NCBI GenBank assembly: GCA_029938715.1
Contig: JAOZUK010000007.1
Span: forward strand, 2,927-66,926
DNA from: Bacteroidales bacterium
GTDB lineage: Bacteria; Bacteroidota; Bacteroidia; Bacteroidales; GCA-2748055
Direction of reading: 5' to 3'
Length of the DNA stretch: 64,000 bases
Program-made: the position numbers and the translations under genes
The notes under the pieces: model-generated
Seen by the model: the letters and a program-made list of their open reading frames with translations, nothing else
Told to the model about the DNA's origin: nothing
Database searches by the model: none
In this document: positions 35,932 to 46,715 of the stretch, one piece after another
Position numbering within the stretch: the stretch's first letter is position 1
Layout of the letters: every line of letters starts with the position of its first letter

Positions 35932-38226
35932 ATGTTTAAAAAGTGTTCCATCCTTCTCTTATTTGGTTTGATAACGTTAATGTCTATGGGTCAGTCTGTT
36001 GGTCTGGTACTTAGCGGGGGAGGCTCCAAAGGACTTGCTCATATTGGGGTGATTAAGGCGCTTGAGGAAGAGCAAATCCCCATCGATTACATCGGGGGCA
36101 CCTCCATGGGAGCCATTGTGGGGGCCTGCTATGCCATGGGATTAACGACCGATGAGATCATAAACATTGTGAAAGCGGACGATTTCAACTACTGGATGAG
36201 CGGAGTAATTGAAGAGGAGTATAACTACTACTTCAAGGCCGAATATCCCGAGCCTGATATTTTCTCCCTGGGGATCGATCTGAATGATACAGTTCCTAAA
36301 ACCAGGTTGCCAATGAGCTACATACCCAATCACCTGATGGACTTCGCATTTATGGAGATTTTTTCCAGAGCCAGTGCGGCAGCCGGTTATGATTTTGACA
36401 GTCTGTTTGTTCCTTTTTTATGTAACAGTGTGGATATAAGCAACAACAGAGAAGTTGTATTCAGAACCGGGGACCTTACTCAGGCTGTGAGAGCCTCCAT
36501 GACCGTACCCCTCTATTTCCGGCCTATTGTGATAGATGGAAACATCATGTACGATGGGGGTATTTACAACAACTTTCCGGTTAATCATGTGGAGAAACTG
36601 TTTAAGCCTGATGTTATAATTGGAAGCAAGGCTGCCCAGGGAAATCAACCTCCCGATGAGTTTGACATCATGCGCCAGATTGAGAATATAGTGATGAAAC
36701 CCTCCTCTTACGTCATCAACCCGGAGAAGGGTATATTGATTGATATGCCCTTTAAAAACGAGTCTCTCCTGGCCTTTGATAAATTGGATGAGTTTGTGGA
36801 GGTGGGTTATAAGATCACCATGGAGAAGATGGATAGCATTAAGATGCTGGTTAAGAGAAAAGCAGAGAAATCGGAGGAGATTGACAAAAGGAGAGATGCA
36901 TTTAAAGCGACCTGGCCCCCTTTAAGATTTAACGACCTGGAGATTGAGGGATTGAACAGTGCGCAGGAGTCCTATGTGGAAAGAAGCATCAGGAAAACCG
37001 ATTCAATCATAGACCTGGATGAGATGAAGACAGAGTACCTGAAACTGGCTCATGATAAAAGTTTACTCTATCTCTACCCAAAGGCGACCTATAGTGAGGC
37101 AGACAGTCTCTTTACACTGGGACTTCGTGTGATTCCCCAGACTTCACTAGAAGCCAGGTTTGGCCTTTTTTTTTCAACGACCGGACTGGCACAGACTTTC
37201 CTGGGTGTAAGTTACAGAGAGATATCGGAGCTAAGTACCCACCTGAAGGGCAGCATCCAGTTTGGAAGGCTTTATGACGGTGTAAATATTGGATTCAGAT
37301 TTGATTATCCGTCCCGGATTCCTGTTTTTTTCCAGGGTAGTTTTAATTACAATAGTATAGACTACAATTCGTACAATTCCAACTTCTTTTTTGAGGACCT
37401 TAAACCTTCCTATATCACTGAAGATGAGATTAACTTCAGGTTTGATGTTGGGATTCCCTACTCCATAAATGGGATTTTTAAAGGCGGAGTGGGTATTGGA
37501 AGGAACAAGGAGGTATACTATATGACCAATGATTTTTCAACCAGCGACACCTCCGAAGTCTCCAATGTCAATAACCTCTCCCTTTATGTAGCTATGGAGC
37601 GCAACACATTGAATAATAAGCAATTTGCTACAAAAGGGGTACGCCGGTTGCATGCTTTGAGGCTTGGATATGGTTTTGAGTCCTACTTTCCGGGGTCAAC
37701 TTCCGAGAATGTACAGAACGAAAAACTGGATTATCTGTGGCTTTCAGCCAAATATGAGAATACCGGTTATGTGCCCATAGGGAGATCTTTCAGCCTGGGG
37801 TACTACATCAATTTACAGGCTACCTTTAAACCCCTGTTGAGCACATACTTCTCTACCCTGCTCGAAGTTCCTGTATTCCAGCCAAACATCGTCACCAAGT
37901 CTCTTTTTATGGAACACTACAGGGCATATCAGTTTGTGGCTTTTGGGCTGATGCCTGTCTATAAGTTTAACAAGCAGCTTCATGCAAAAGCCGAAGCCTA
38001 TACCTTTATTCCGGTGCAGGAGATTTTGCGCGATGCCAATAACAATGCCTATCTGGGTACCTTTTTTAAAACTATAAAAACAGTGTTTGATGCCTCTGTA
38101 ACCCTGGTTACTGTGGCAGGACCAGTCTCATTTCATATGGGATATATCACTGAAGAGGATGATCCCTGGGTTTTCCAGCTTAGCTTTGGTTACCTGTTGT
38201 TTAATAAAAGATCTGTGGATGAATGA
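35932..38226 (+). CDS. Patatin-like phospholipase fused to a C-terminal Omp85-like beta-barrel
   Basis: Signal peptide, oxyanion GGGSKGLAHIG, lipase GTSMGA (GxSxG), catalytic MYDGG. The roughly 400-aa C-terminal half is aromatic-rich, alternating and beta-barrel-like. Confidence 0.8.
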   Translation: MFKKCSILLLFGLITLMSMGQSVGLVLSGGGSKGLAHIGVIKALEEEQIPIDYIGGTSMGAIVGACYAMGLTTDEIINIVKADDFNYWMSGVIEEEYNYYFKAEYPEPDIFSLGIDLNDTVPKTRLPMSYIPNHLMDFAFMEIFSRASAAAGYDFDSLFVPFLCNSVDISNNREVVFRTGDLTQAVRASMTVPLYFRPIVIDGNIMYDGGIYNNFPVNHVEKLFKPDVIIGSKAAQGNQPPDEFDIMRQIENIVMKPSSYVINPEKGILIDMPFKNESLLAFDKLDEFVEVGYKITMEKMDSIKMLVKRKAEKSEEIDKRRDAFKATWPPLRFNDLEIEGLNSAQESYVERSIRKTDSIIDLDEMKTEYLKLAHDKSLLYLYPKATYSEADSLFTLGLRVIPQTSLEARFGLFFSTTGLAQTFLGVSYREISELSTHLKGSIQFGRLYDGVNIGFRFDYPSRIPVFFQGSFNYNSIDYNSYNSNFFFEDLKPSYITEDEINFRFDVGIPYSINGIFKGGVGIGRNKEVYYMTNDFSTSDTSEVSNVNNLSLYVAMERNTLNNKQFATKGVRRLHALRLGYGFESYFPGSTSENVQNEKLDYLWLSAKYENTGYVPIGRSFSLGYYINLQATFKPLLSTYFSTLLEVPVFQPNIVTKSLFMEHYRAYQFVAFGLMPVYKFNKQLHAKAEAYTFIPVQEILRDANNNAYLGTFFKTIKTVFDASVTLVTVAGPVSFHMGYITEEDDPWVFQLSFGYLLFNKRSVDE

Positions 38227-38375
38227 AAGCGGACCCGAAACCTCTCTGGAATCTTTATTTTTACCTCCCCTTTTCTGATAGATAATGCTACTTTTACAAA
38301 AATATTGGCAGAGCTTACAGGCACAAGTGCATCGTCAGAATTCCTTCACTTTTCAACAAAATCTAGTAGAGAGCA

Positions 38376-39848
38376 TTGAAGAATCCCATTAAACAACTGA
38401 TAGGACAAACCGCAGTGTATGGTTTGGGTATTGTATTGCCGCGACTGCTGAATTACCTGTTACTCACCCCATTCTATACCCGAATTTTTGATAGGGCCAC
38501 CTATGGAATTATTACCGAACTTTATGCTTATGTGGTTTTTCTTCTTGTGTTGCTTACCTACGGGATGGAGACGGGGTATTTCCGTTATGCCAGTAATTCG
38601 GAGCGGAAAGAGAGGGTATACACCACCGTACTTGGATCGCTCTTTGTAACCTCCACTTTGTTTGTAATAGCCATGGTTCTCAGTTCAGGATCTATAAGCA
38701 GGGTGCTGGGTTATGCATCAAATCCCGAGTACATCAGGTGGCTGGCCATCATAGTGGCCATTGATGCATTTACCAGCATCCCCTTTGCCCGAATCAGGCT
38801 TCTAAACCGACCAGGAAAGTATGCACTTATTCGAATTTTTGAAGTGTCCATCAACATTGGGCTCAACCTCTTTTTTCTGCTTTACTGTCCAAATCATACC
38901 GATTCGGGACTGGTATCGCTGGTTTATAACGAGGAGATTGGAGTTGGTTATGTTTTGATATCTAATGTAATAGCCTCCATCAGTAAACTGGTTTTTCTGT
39001 TACCTGATGCCCTGGCCGCATTCAAGGCGAAATTTGACCGACAATTATTACCGGTACTGCTCAGATACTCTGCCCCTTTGCTTATTGCCGGTCTGGCAGG
39101 AACAGTCAATGAGGCGCTGGACCGGATTCTCTTAAAGCACCTTCTTCCCCTTGAGTCGAATCCCATGGAGCAGCTGGGCATCTATGGAGCCAACTATAAA
39201 ATGGCCGTGTTAATGACACTTTTTGTACAGATGTTTAAGTATGCGGCCGAACCCTTCTTCTTTTCAAAATCGGGAGATTCAAATGCAAAGAAGTTGTATG
39301 CTGATGTGATGACTTTTTTTGTAATTTCGGGGCTTTTTATATTCCTTCTTGTGAATATTTATCTGGAGTACTTTATCCTTTTTATTGGAAAGGATTTCAG
39401 GGAAGGAGTTGGGATTGTTCCAGTGGTTTTGATGGCCAACCTGGTCATGGGTATCTTCTTTAACCTGTCCATATGGTATAAGTTGACCAATAAGACCCAT
39501 TTTGGGGCTATCCTGGTCATATTGGGGGCCACAATAACCGTAGTGATCAATGTGCTGTTTATTCCCCGGTATGGCTATGTGGCTTCGGCCTGGGCCCATC
39601 TGATATGTTACACTACCATGGTCGTAGTTTCCTATACCTGGTCGAGAAAACACTATGCGGTGCCTTACAAAACACGCCGCATTGCGGGTTATATATCTGT
39701 GGCAGTAGTGATTTTCTTTGTCAATGAACTATTTTTGCAAAATATGGAAAGAATGAAGGAGGTTTTTGGACTGGTGCTTTTGGGAGGCTTTACAGCCCTG
39801 GCCATCTACCGCGAACGTTCTGTTTTTAATGCTTATAAACAAGGTTAA
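38376..39848 (+). CDS. Polysaccharide/oligosaccharide flippase (MOP/Wzx-like) family protein
   Basis: About 14 hydrophobic helices; 490 aa; TTG start at 38376. Confidence 0.65.
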   Translation: MKNPIKQLIGQTAVYGLGIVLPRLLNYLLLTPFYTRIFDRATYGIITELYAYVVFLLVLLTYGMETGYFRYASNSERKERVYTTVLGSLFVTSTLFVIAMVLSSGSISRVLGYASNPEYIRWLAIIVAIDAFTSIPFARIRLLNRPGKYALIRIFEVSINIGLNLFFLLYCPNHTDSGLVSLVYNEEIGVGYVLISNVIASISKLVFLLPDALAAFKAKFDRQLLPVLLRYSAPLLIAGLAGTVNEALDRILLKHLLPLESNPMEQLGIYGANYKMAVLMTLFVQMFKYAAEPFFFSKSGDSNAKKLYADVMTFFVISGLFIFLLVNIYLEYFILFIGKDFREGVGIVPVVLMANLVMGIFFNLSIWYKLTNKTHFGAILVILGATITVVINVLFIPRYGYVASAWAHLICYTTMVVVSYTWSRKHYAVPYKTRRIAGYISVAVVIFFVNELFLQNMERMKEVFGLVLLGGFTALAIYRERSVFNAYKQG

Positions 39849-39854
39849 CTATAG

Positions 39855-40289
39855 ATGAAAGTAAAAATTGTAAATCAGTCCGGACATGCTTTGCCGGAAT
39901 ACAGTACACCTAATTCGGCAGGTATGGACCTGAGGGCGAAACTTGATAAACCTGTGATATTAAAACCTATGGAGCGCAGCCTGATTCCGACAGGGCTGTT
40001 TATGGAACTTCCTGAAGGATTTGAAGCTCAGATCAGACCCAGGAGCGGATTGGCCCTGAAGAAAGGAATCTCAATTGTGAATTCTCCGGGCACCATAGAT
40101 GCCGATTACCGGGGTGAGATAGGGATCATTCTGATCAATCTTTCGGATACGGATTTTGTGGTGAACGACGGAGAGAGAATCTGCCAGATGGTGATCAATA
40201 AGGTGGAGACCATCAGCTGGTCAGAAGTTAGTTTGCTGGAGGAATCGGAGCGAGGTAAAGGAGGATTTGGACATACGGGAAGAGGATAA
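39855..40289 (+). CDS. dut: dUTP diphosphatase
   Basis: [13 protein letters not shown] and [10 protein letters not shown] motifs. Confidence 0.9.
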   Translation: MKVKIVNQSGHALPEYSTPNSAGMDLRAKLDKPVILKPMERSLIPTGLFMELPEGFEAQIRPRSGLALKKGISIVNSPGTIDADYRGEIGIILINLSDTDFVVNDGERICQMVINKVETISWSEVSLLEESERGKGGFGHTGRG

Positions 40290-40305
40290 TATTCGTTAAA
40301 GAGAT

Positions 40306-42015
40306 ATGAGTATGAAAGTTAGAACCGGGATGGTGTTGGGTGTGTTGGTGGTTACCGGCTTGCTTTCCTGCTTTGGGCAGGAAACGCGCGGTAACAACGA
40401 TTACCAGTATGTATTGATTGAAGCCGTAAAGCAGAAAAACCTGGGAAACCTCTCCGAGGCCGTCAAGCTTTATAACCTGGTGATTAAGGAGAAGGAAGAT
40501 TGTGATGCGGCCTACTACGAGGTGGGTACCATCTATTTGATGACAAACCAGTTCGAATTAGCCAGGAAGAACCTGGAAACGGCCTATTTTCTGGATGAAA
40601 ATAACAAGTGGTATACGCTAGCCTATCTTAATTCGCTGGGTGCCCTGGAGGATTATGAAACAATAGCCGAGATCCTTAAGGAGAAGAAGGAGAGCGATCC
40701 CGAAGAGGTGGAATGGGAGTACCAGCTGGCGACGGTCTATTTCTCCATGGGAAAGAGCAGGAAAGCGATCAGGATGCTTGAAAATATTGAAAAAGATCGG
40801 GGTTTCAGTGAAAAGATCACCCTGTTGAAAGCCTCCATCTACGAGAGCGATGAGAAGTATGATTTGGCAATGGATGAGGTTAAGAAGGTAATGGAGCTCT
40901 TTCCCGAGGCCATTCAATTCAGGATTGTTGCTGCCGAATTGTCTATGAAGAGTGGAGATGCAGCAGCAGCAGCAGGCTTCTACCACAAGATACTGGATAT
41001 GGACAGCACCAACATTTTTGCACTCACCAATCTGACTGATTACTATCGAAAAGAAAATAACTTCGGAAAGAGTTTACAATACCTGGCACTCTCCTTTCAG
41101 AGCCAGCAGATTGATGTAAAGAGGAAGCTGGCGATTATGTCCTATTATCTATCTGATAAAGAGATTATTAATAAATACCCTGAGGAGCTTGATCGTTTGA
41201 TTCAGGTTTTCGTTGGGCAGCATCCCGATGCGTTTGATGGGCGTTTGCTAGTGGCTGATTTCTACATTCAAACCCAGGATTATGGTGAGGCATTTAGGCA
41301 CCTGGAGTATTTCCTGGCCAAAAATCTGGGAACCTTTCCCATGTATATGCAGGCCATACTACTGGCCAATGCAGCATCATTAAATAGTGAGCTGATCGGC
41401 ATATGCAATACAGCTTTGAGGTATTATTCCGACAGTGCAGACATTAGGTTTTTCAAAGCCATCGGTCTCTATGAAGAAGAGATGTATGAGGAGCTGATCA
41501 CCAACCTGGATAGTGTTTCGTTCAACAGTTTCTCACAGGAAGAGTATGTGGTGCAAGCCCAAATGCTCTATGCAGAAGCCTTTTACAGGCTCAATGACTA
41601 TACAAAATCCGATTCTATTTTTGAAGTGTTAATAGAGGAAGATCCCGAAAATTATATGGTGTTGAATAATTACAGTTACTATCTGGCAGAACGGGGTGAG
41701 AAACTGAAACAGGCCAGGGAGTGGAGTCAGAAAGCCTCGTGGAACAATCCCGATAATGCCACATTTCTGGACACGTATGCTTGGGTGCTCTATAAGATGG
41801 AACTCTATGCCGATGCAGAGAAATACATTCTGGACGCACTTGAAAAGGGAGGGAAGAATGATCCTGAAGTTAATGAGCATGCGGGAGATATCCAGGTGGC
41901 CCTGGAGAGTTTTGAAATAGCTAAATCCTATTATCAGAAAGCAATTATTCTGGGGGGAGAAAAGGAGAGATTAGAGGAAAAAATTGAAACAATGAACAGG
42001 CGGCAGAATGAATAG
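40306..42015 (+). CDS. Tetratricopeptide-repeat lipoprotein
   Basis: Lipobox LLSCFG; repeated 34-aa A/Y/L-rich TPR pattern over 569 aa. Confidence 0.7.
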   Translation: MSMKVRTGMVLGVLVVTGLLSCFGQETRGNNDYQYVLIEAVKQKNLGNLSEAVKLYNLVIKEKEDCDAAYYEVGTIYLMTNQFELARKNLETAYFLDENNKWYTLAYLNSLGALEDYETIAEILKEKKESDPEEVEWEYQLATVYFSMGKSRKAIRMLENIEKDRGFSEKITLLKASIYESDEKYDLAMDEVKKVMELFPEAIQFRIVAAELSMKSGDAAAAAGFYHKILDMDSTNIFALTNLTDYYRKENNFGKSLQYLALSFQSQQIDVKRKLAIMSYYLSDKEIINKYPEELDRLIQVFVGQHPDAFDGRLLVADFYIQTQDYGEAFRHLEYFLAKNLGTFPMYMQAILLANAASLNSELIGICNTALRYYSDSADIRFFKAIGLYEEEMYEELITNLDSVSFNSFSQEEYVVQAQMLYAEAFYRLNDYTKSDSIFEVLIEEDPENYMVLNNYSYYLAERGEKLKQAREWSQKASWNNPDNATFLDTYAWVLYKMELYADAEKYILDALEKGGKNDPEVNEHAGDIQVALESFEIAKSYYQKAIILGGEKERLEEKIETMNRRQNE

Positions 42016-42742
42016 AAGGCTGTTATTATTATTGGTACTAACTCTTATGTTACACCAGTGTAAAGTAGTGAAAGTAGCTCAGCGTCAGAACACTCCCGTT
42101 TTGAAGGGAGTAAATGGTTTGAGGCAGCAATGTGTTTCACTGGACACCGTTCAGTCAATTTTGATTAAAAAAGCTGAAGCAATTTTAATGTTTGATAATG
42201 AGCGGTATGAAGTGACCGTGACGCTCTATTCTAAAAGAGATTCAATTATTTATCTTTCGGCTGTCAACAGTGGATATGAAATAATTCGCGCCAGCGTGGA
42301 TATGGATTCCATTAAAGTAATTAACAGGTTGAACCGTATCGTGTATAGAACTGCAATGAAAAGGCAGTTCGGGTATCAATTTCCAGTAAATTTTAATGAC
42401 CTGCAGAATCTTATTGGAAGGTTTTATTTATGTGACGATCTGGAGGCTGCTGAAGACGATATGGTTCATATGGTTAAGTTTGAGCAGGATGAAGGTTACA
42501 TTAAGAAAAGAATCCATATTGATCGCAACAGCTTAAAATTGAATATGTTCGAGTTTTATCACAAAAAAACAGAGCAATATTTAATGGGCGAAAGAAGCGA
42601 TGATGAATTGAAGGTGTATTCGAATTTTATGGTTACAAAATTTGAGATGAAGGCTAAAGGTGGAACCATTCTGTACAATAAGGAGATAAAGGTAAAGATG
42701 GAAGTGAATCCAAGAAAGTATACTTTTACCGAATTGAGATGA
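42008..42742 (+). CDS. DUF4292-like (LolB-fold-like) lipoprotein
   Basis: Signal with Cys (LMLHQCK). Size and position (between the TPR and M23 genes) match the conserved Bacteroidota arrangement as I recall it. 8-nt overlap with the upstream gene. Confidence 0.45.
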   Translation: MNRRLLLLLVLTLMLHQCKVVKVAQRQNTPVLKGVNGLRQQCVSLDTVQSILIKKAEAILMFDNERYEVTVTLYSKRDSIIYLSAVNSGYEIIRASVDMDSIKVINRLNRIVYRTAMKRQFGYQFPVNFNDLQNLIGRFYLCDDLEAAEDDMVHMVKFEQDEGYIKKRIHIDRNSLKLNMFEFYHKKTEQYLMGERSDDELKVYSNFMVTKFEMKAKGGTILYNKEIKVKMEVNPRKYTFTELR

Positions 42743-43926
42743 ATCTGAGAGTTTCGTTAATTGTTTTATCGGTTTTTGTTTTTTGTGCTTTACCAGGACA
42801 AACAAAAGATGATCTGCAAAAGCAGAAGCAGAGAGCTTTTACTGAGCTTAAACTGGCCAGGGAGCTTATGGGCAAAACGGCAGAGAAGCGGTCCGCTTCG
42901 GTTCAGCATTACCGTATTTTGCAGAAGGGGATTAATTCCAGGGCTCAGTTGATAAGTACACTGGAGCTAGAGGTTAAGCTGATTGACAAAGAGATCAGTG
43001 AAGTATCCACTGAGATTTCCAGACTTGAAGCGGAGAATATAAAGAACAGGGAAGAGTATGCCCGACTGATCTATTACGCCTACCGGAATCATACCGACTA
43101 TGAAAAATTAATGTATATTCTGGCGGGAGCTTCCATCTCTCAATCGTACCAGCGATATAAATACCTGAAGTATATAAGTGAATACCGGGTCAAGAAGGCC
43201 ACAGAAATTGAAACAGTGGTAAGAGAGCTTGATCTGAGAGATGAGGAGCTTAACCGGCTAAAGAATGATAAATTGTCGGTCATGGAAGAGAAAGAAGCTG
43301 AGCAGGAGCAACTGGTAAAAGAGAGAGGACAGAGATCTGCCATCATTGACCAATTAAAGAAGGAGGAAGCCAAGCTAAGAAGAGATATTGCTGAAAAAGA
43401 GCGGATTACTAAAGAACTGGAATCTAGAATAAAGGAGATTATTGAAGAGGAAGCCAGGAAGTTAAATTCCAGAAACATTTATGCTGCATTAACTCCTGAG
43501 CAGGAACTGGTGGGAAATGATTTCAGAAAGAACAAAGGTAAATTGCCCTGGCCGGTGGCCAAGGGTATAATTACAGTAGGATATGGAAACCATGAAATAC
43601 CTGGTTTGAGAGGATCCAGCGTAATGAATAACGGCATAGATATAAACAGCGCCCCGGGAACCATGGTCAGGGCAGTGTTCGAAGGTGAGGTAACCAAGGT
43701 TTTCGCCATACTTGGGGCCAATTTTACGGTTTTGGTCAGGCATGGTGAGTATCTTACCGTTTACTTGAACTTGGTGAATGTGCGCGTTAAAACGGGTGAT
43801 AAAGTTCTCACAAAAGAGATCTTAGGGGAGGCTTTTACGGATGAATCCGAAGGAGTGGCCGAACTACATTTTGAAGTATACCAGGAGAAGGAAATTTTAA
43901 ATCCCGAAGTTTGGTTGAGTAAATAG
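42739..43926 (+). CDS. M23 family peptidase with N-terminal coiled coil (EnvC-like)
   Basis: Long coiled coil followed by a LytM domain (GIDINSAPGTMVRAVFEGEV, ELHFEV). ATGA overlap with the upstream gene. Confidence 0.8.
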   Translation: MNLRVSLIVLSVFVFCALPGQTKDDLQKQKQRAFTELKLARELMGKTAEKRSASVQHYRILQKGINSRAQLISTLELEVKLIDKEISEVSTEISRLEAENIKNREEYARLIYYAYRNHTDYEKLMYILAGASISQSYQRYKYLKYISEYRVKKATEIETVVRELDLRDEELNRLKNDKLSVMEEKEAEQEQLVKERGQRSAIIDQLKKEEAKLRRDIAEKERITKELESRIKEIIEEEARKLNSRNIYAALTPEQELVGNDFRKNKGKLPWPVAKGIITVGYGNHEIPGLRGSSVMNNGIDINSAPGTMVRAVFEGEVTKVFAILGANFTVLVRHGEYLTVYLNLVNVRVKTGDKVLTKEILGEAFTDESEGVAELHFEVYQEKEILNPEVWLSK

Positions 43927-43984
43927 TTTTTTTTTGGAACCTTTCAATAAGCAGCGCCGTATAAGAAGCGTCCAAGGAATAATT

Positions 43985-44380
43985 ATGAGAATAGATCTGA
44001 ATATCCCCTCCGAGATAGGAAACCTTAGGTTGGTAGAAAAGGCCATTGATGAATTGTCGCTTGAGCTCGATCTTAGTGATGAAATTTATGGAAATGTACT
44101 GGTGGCTACCATGGAGGCTACAAACAATGCAATTGTGCATGGAAACAAAGCCGATCCTAAAAAAAAGGTCAAAATTAAGATGGAATACGGTGAAAGGGAG
44201 CTAAAAGTTTTGATTGAGGATCAGGGCGAAGGCTTTGACCATTGGGGAATACCCGATCCAACCGCTCCCGAGAACCTTGAAAAGATTAATGGTAGAGGAA
44301 TTTTCTTAATGGAACGGCTTTCCGATGAAATTTTATACTTGGAAGAGGGTAGGATTGTAGAGCTAAAGTTCAAATTCTAG
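43985..44380 (+). CDS. RsbW/SpoIIAB-like ATP-binding protein (anti-sigma-factor-type kinase fold)
   Basis: HATPase_c-like N-box EATNNAIVHGN and G-box IEDQGEGFD...GRGIFLM. ATG 43985 preferred over TTG 43934. Confidence 0.6.
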   Translation: MRIDLNIPSEIGNLRLVEKAIDELSLELDLSDEIYGNVLVATMEATNNAIVHGNKADPKKKVKIKMEYGERELKVLIEDQGEGFDHWGIPDPTAPENLEKINGRGIFLMERLSDEILYLEEGRIVELKFKF

Positions 44381-44823
44381 TGGATATAAGTTTTCACAAC
44401 GAAGGAATTCGTTTTGAATTAAAAGACAAAATCAAACATAAGAAATGGATTCGGAAGTGGCTTGAATCCAATCAATTCCACCCGGGTAAAATTTCTTATG
44501 TATTTACTTCCAATGAGCAACTCAGGCTCATGAATCAGGAGTTTTTAAACCACAACTACTTTACAGATGTTATAACCTTTGATTATACCAGCGGAAAAAA
44601 AATTTCCGGGGATGTATTTATCAGCTTAGAACAGGTTAAAAGCAATGCAGATTTTTATGGTGTATCTGTGAAGGATGAGCAAAGAAGAGTAATGATTCAT
44701 GGTGTTTTACACTTGATGGGTTTTTCCGATGAAACAGATGATGAAAAGGAAACCATGCGTAAAAAGGAAAATGAAGCATTACATTTGTGGATGAAACTCT
44801 TTCAAAATGATTTTAGAATATGA
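44380..44823 (+). CDS. ybeY: rRNA maturation endoribonuclease YbeY
   Basis: Metal-binding motif [12 protein letters not shown]. The GTG start overlaps the previous stop by 1 nt. Confidence 0.85.
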   Translation: MDISFHNEGIRFELKDKIKHKKWIRKWLESNQFHPGKISYVFTSNEQLRLMNQEFLNHNYFTDVITFDYTSGKKISGDVFISLEQVKSNADFYGVSVKDEQRRVMIHGVLHLMGFSDETDDEKETMRKKENEALHLWMKLFQNDFRI

Positions 44824-46681
44824 TGTAGTTGTAGTGGGTGGAGGACATGCGGGGTGTGAAGCTGCTGCTGCTGCTGCACAGATGGGCAGCAGAACATTAC
44901 TGATAACCATGGACATGACCAAATTTGCTCAAATGTCATGCAATCCAGCCATGGGTGGTATTGCTAAGGGACAGATAATCAGGGAAATAGATGCAATTGG
45001 AGGATATTCAGGAATTGTATCAGATCGCTCTATGATACAATTCAGAATGTTAAATCGAAGCAAGGGTCCGGCCATGTGGAGCCCGAGAGCTCAGTGTGAT
45101 CGATCCCTGTTTACTCTGGAGTGGAGAAAGGTTTTGGAAAACATCGACAACCTGGAATTCTGGCAGGATAAGGTGACAAAGTTACTGATCAATGAAGATG
45201 AAGTGGTAGGAGTAGAGACCCTCATGGGGATAAAGTTTCATTCCAAGAAAGTGATTCTTACTGCTGGAACCTTTATAAATGGTTTGATGCATGTGGGAAA
45301 AGTGAAAATGAAGGGAGGCAGAATGGGGGAACCTCCATCTTATGGATTAAGCGAACAGCTTGAGAATCACGGTTTTGAAGTGGGAAGAATGAAGACAGGA
45401 ACACCGGCCAGAATTGATGGAAGAAGCATAAATTTTAGTAAGCTTGTGGAACAACCTGGAGACATGGAGCACCGTAAATTCAGCTACCTGGATTATCCAA
45501 TGAATTACAACGATCACAAAAGTTGTTATATCGCTTATACAAATTTATCAGTACACTCGGAGTTGGAAAAAGGATTTGAAGAGAGTCCCATGTTTGATGG
45601 AACCATCGAGAGCATTGGACCAAGGTATTGTCCCAGTATTGAAGATAAGATTGTTACTTTTTCAGATAAAGAACAGCACCAGCTATTTCTGGAACCAGAA
45701 GGCTTAGATACTGTGGAGTATTACATAAATGGATTTTCCTCATCGTTGCCTTGGGAAGTGCAATATGGGGCTATGCTAAAGATTGAGGGATTGGAAAATG
45801 TAAAAATTTTCAGGCCTGGATATGCCATAGAGTACGACTATTATCCGCCCACTCAATTGTATCATACACTGGAGACTAAGAATTTGAAGAACCTCTATTT
45901 TGCCGGACAAATTAACGGAACCACAGGTTATGAAGAAGCCGGCGCTCAGGGATTGATGGCTGGTATTAATGCTAGTTTGAAAGTTAGAGGTGATCAGGAA
46001 TTTGTGCTTGGGAGAGACCAGGCCTATATTGGGGTTTTGATTGATGATCTGGTTACTAAAGGTGTCGACGAACCCTACAGGATGTTTACCTCCAGGGCAG
46101 AATACAGAATTCTCTTAAGGCAAGATAATGCAGATGAAAGGTTAACAGAGATAAGCGCAGCCATAGGGTTGGCGGATAGCCATAGGGTGGAGCTGTTAAA
46201 GGAGAAAAGGGGGTTAACAGAACAGATCATTGGTTTCCTGGAAGGATATAGCATAGCCCCAGCCGAAATCAATGAATTTCTGATATCTGTGAATACTTCA
46301 CCATTGAAGCAAAAAGGAAAACTTGTTGAAGTGGCCAAAAGACCTCAGGTGGGTTTAAAAGACCTTGTTAACCAGATAAATGAGTTGGGTAAAATATATG
46401 AATCGTGTGGGAACAGGGCTGATGAGATTCTTGAGTCGGCTGAAATCTCAATTAAGTATGAAGGCTATATTGTTCGTGAGCGTAAGATGGCTGATAAAAT
46501 TAAGAGGCTGGAGAGAATAAAGCTGGATGAGAATTTTGATTACCATCGACTTAAAAGCCTGTCTACTGAGGCGAGACAAAAGCTTACTAAAGTAAGGCCA
46601 AGAACTATTGGACAGGCCTCTCGAATTTCGGGCGTCTCACCTAGCGATATAAGTGTGCTGCTTATTTATATGGGCAGATAG
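44807..46681 (+). CDS. mnmG: tRNA uridine 5-carboxymethylaminomethyl modification enzyme MnmG
   Basis: FAD motif [13 protein letters not shown]; 624 aa with a conserved family pattern throughout. Confidence 0.95.
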   Translation: MILEYDVVVVGGGHAGCEAAAAAAQMGSRTLLITMDMTKFAQMSCNPAMGGIAKGQIIREIDAIGGYSGIVSDRSMIQFRMLNRSKGPAMWSPRAQCDRSLFTLEWRKVLENIDNLEFWQDKVTKLLINEDEVVGVETLMGIKFHSKKVILTAGTFINGLMHVGKVKMKGGRMGEPPSYGLSEQLENHGFEVGRMKTGTPARIDGRSINFSKLVEQPGDMEHRKFSYLDYPMNYNDHKSCYIAYTNLSVHSELEKGFEESPMFDGTIESIGPRYCPSIEDKIVTFSDKEQHQLFLEPEGLDTVEYYINGFSSSLPWEVQYGAMLKIEGLENVKIFRPGYAIEYDYYPPTQLYHTLETKNLKNLYFAGQINGTTGYEEAGAQGLMAGINASLKVRGDQEFVLGRDQAYIGVLIDDLVTKGVDEPYRMFTSRAEYRILLRQDNADERLTEISAAIGLADSHRVELLKEKRGLTEQIIGFLEGYSIAPAEINEFLISVNTSPLKQKGKLVEVAKRPQVGLKDLVNQINELGKIYESCGNRADEILESAEISIKYEGYIVRERKMADKIKRLERIKLDENFDYHRLKSLSTEARQKLTKVRPRTIGQASRISGVSPSDISVLLIYMGR

Positions 46682-46715
46682 TTCCACGTGGAACGTTTTT
46701 TGAAAAATATTCAGT

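Noticed and set aside
40960-40975. (GCA)5 run in the TPR gene, and a (GCT)5 run at 44861-44878 in mnmG
   Set aside because: These are in-frame poly-Ala codon runs within conserved genes. They are too short to count as microsatellites or phase-variation tracts.
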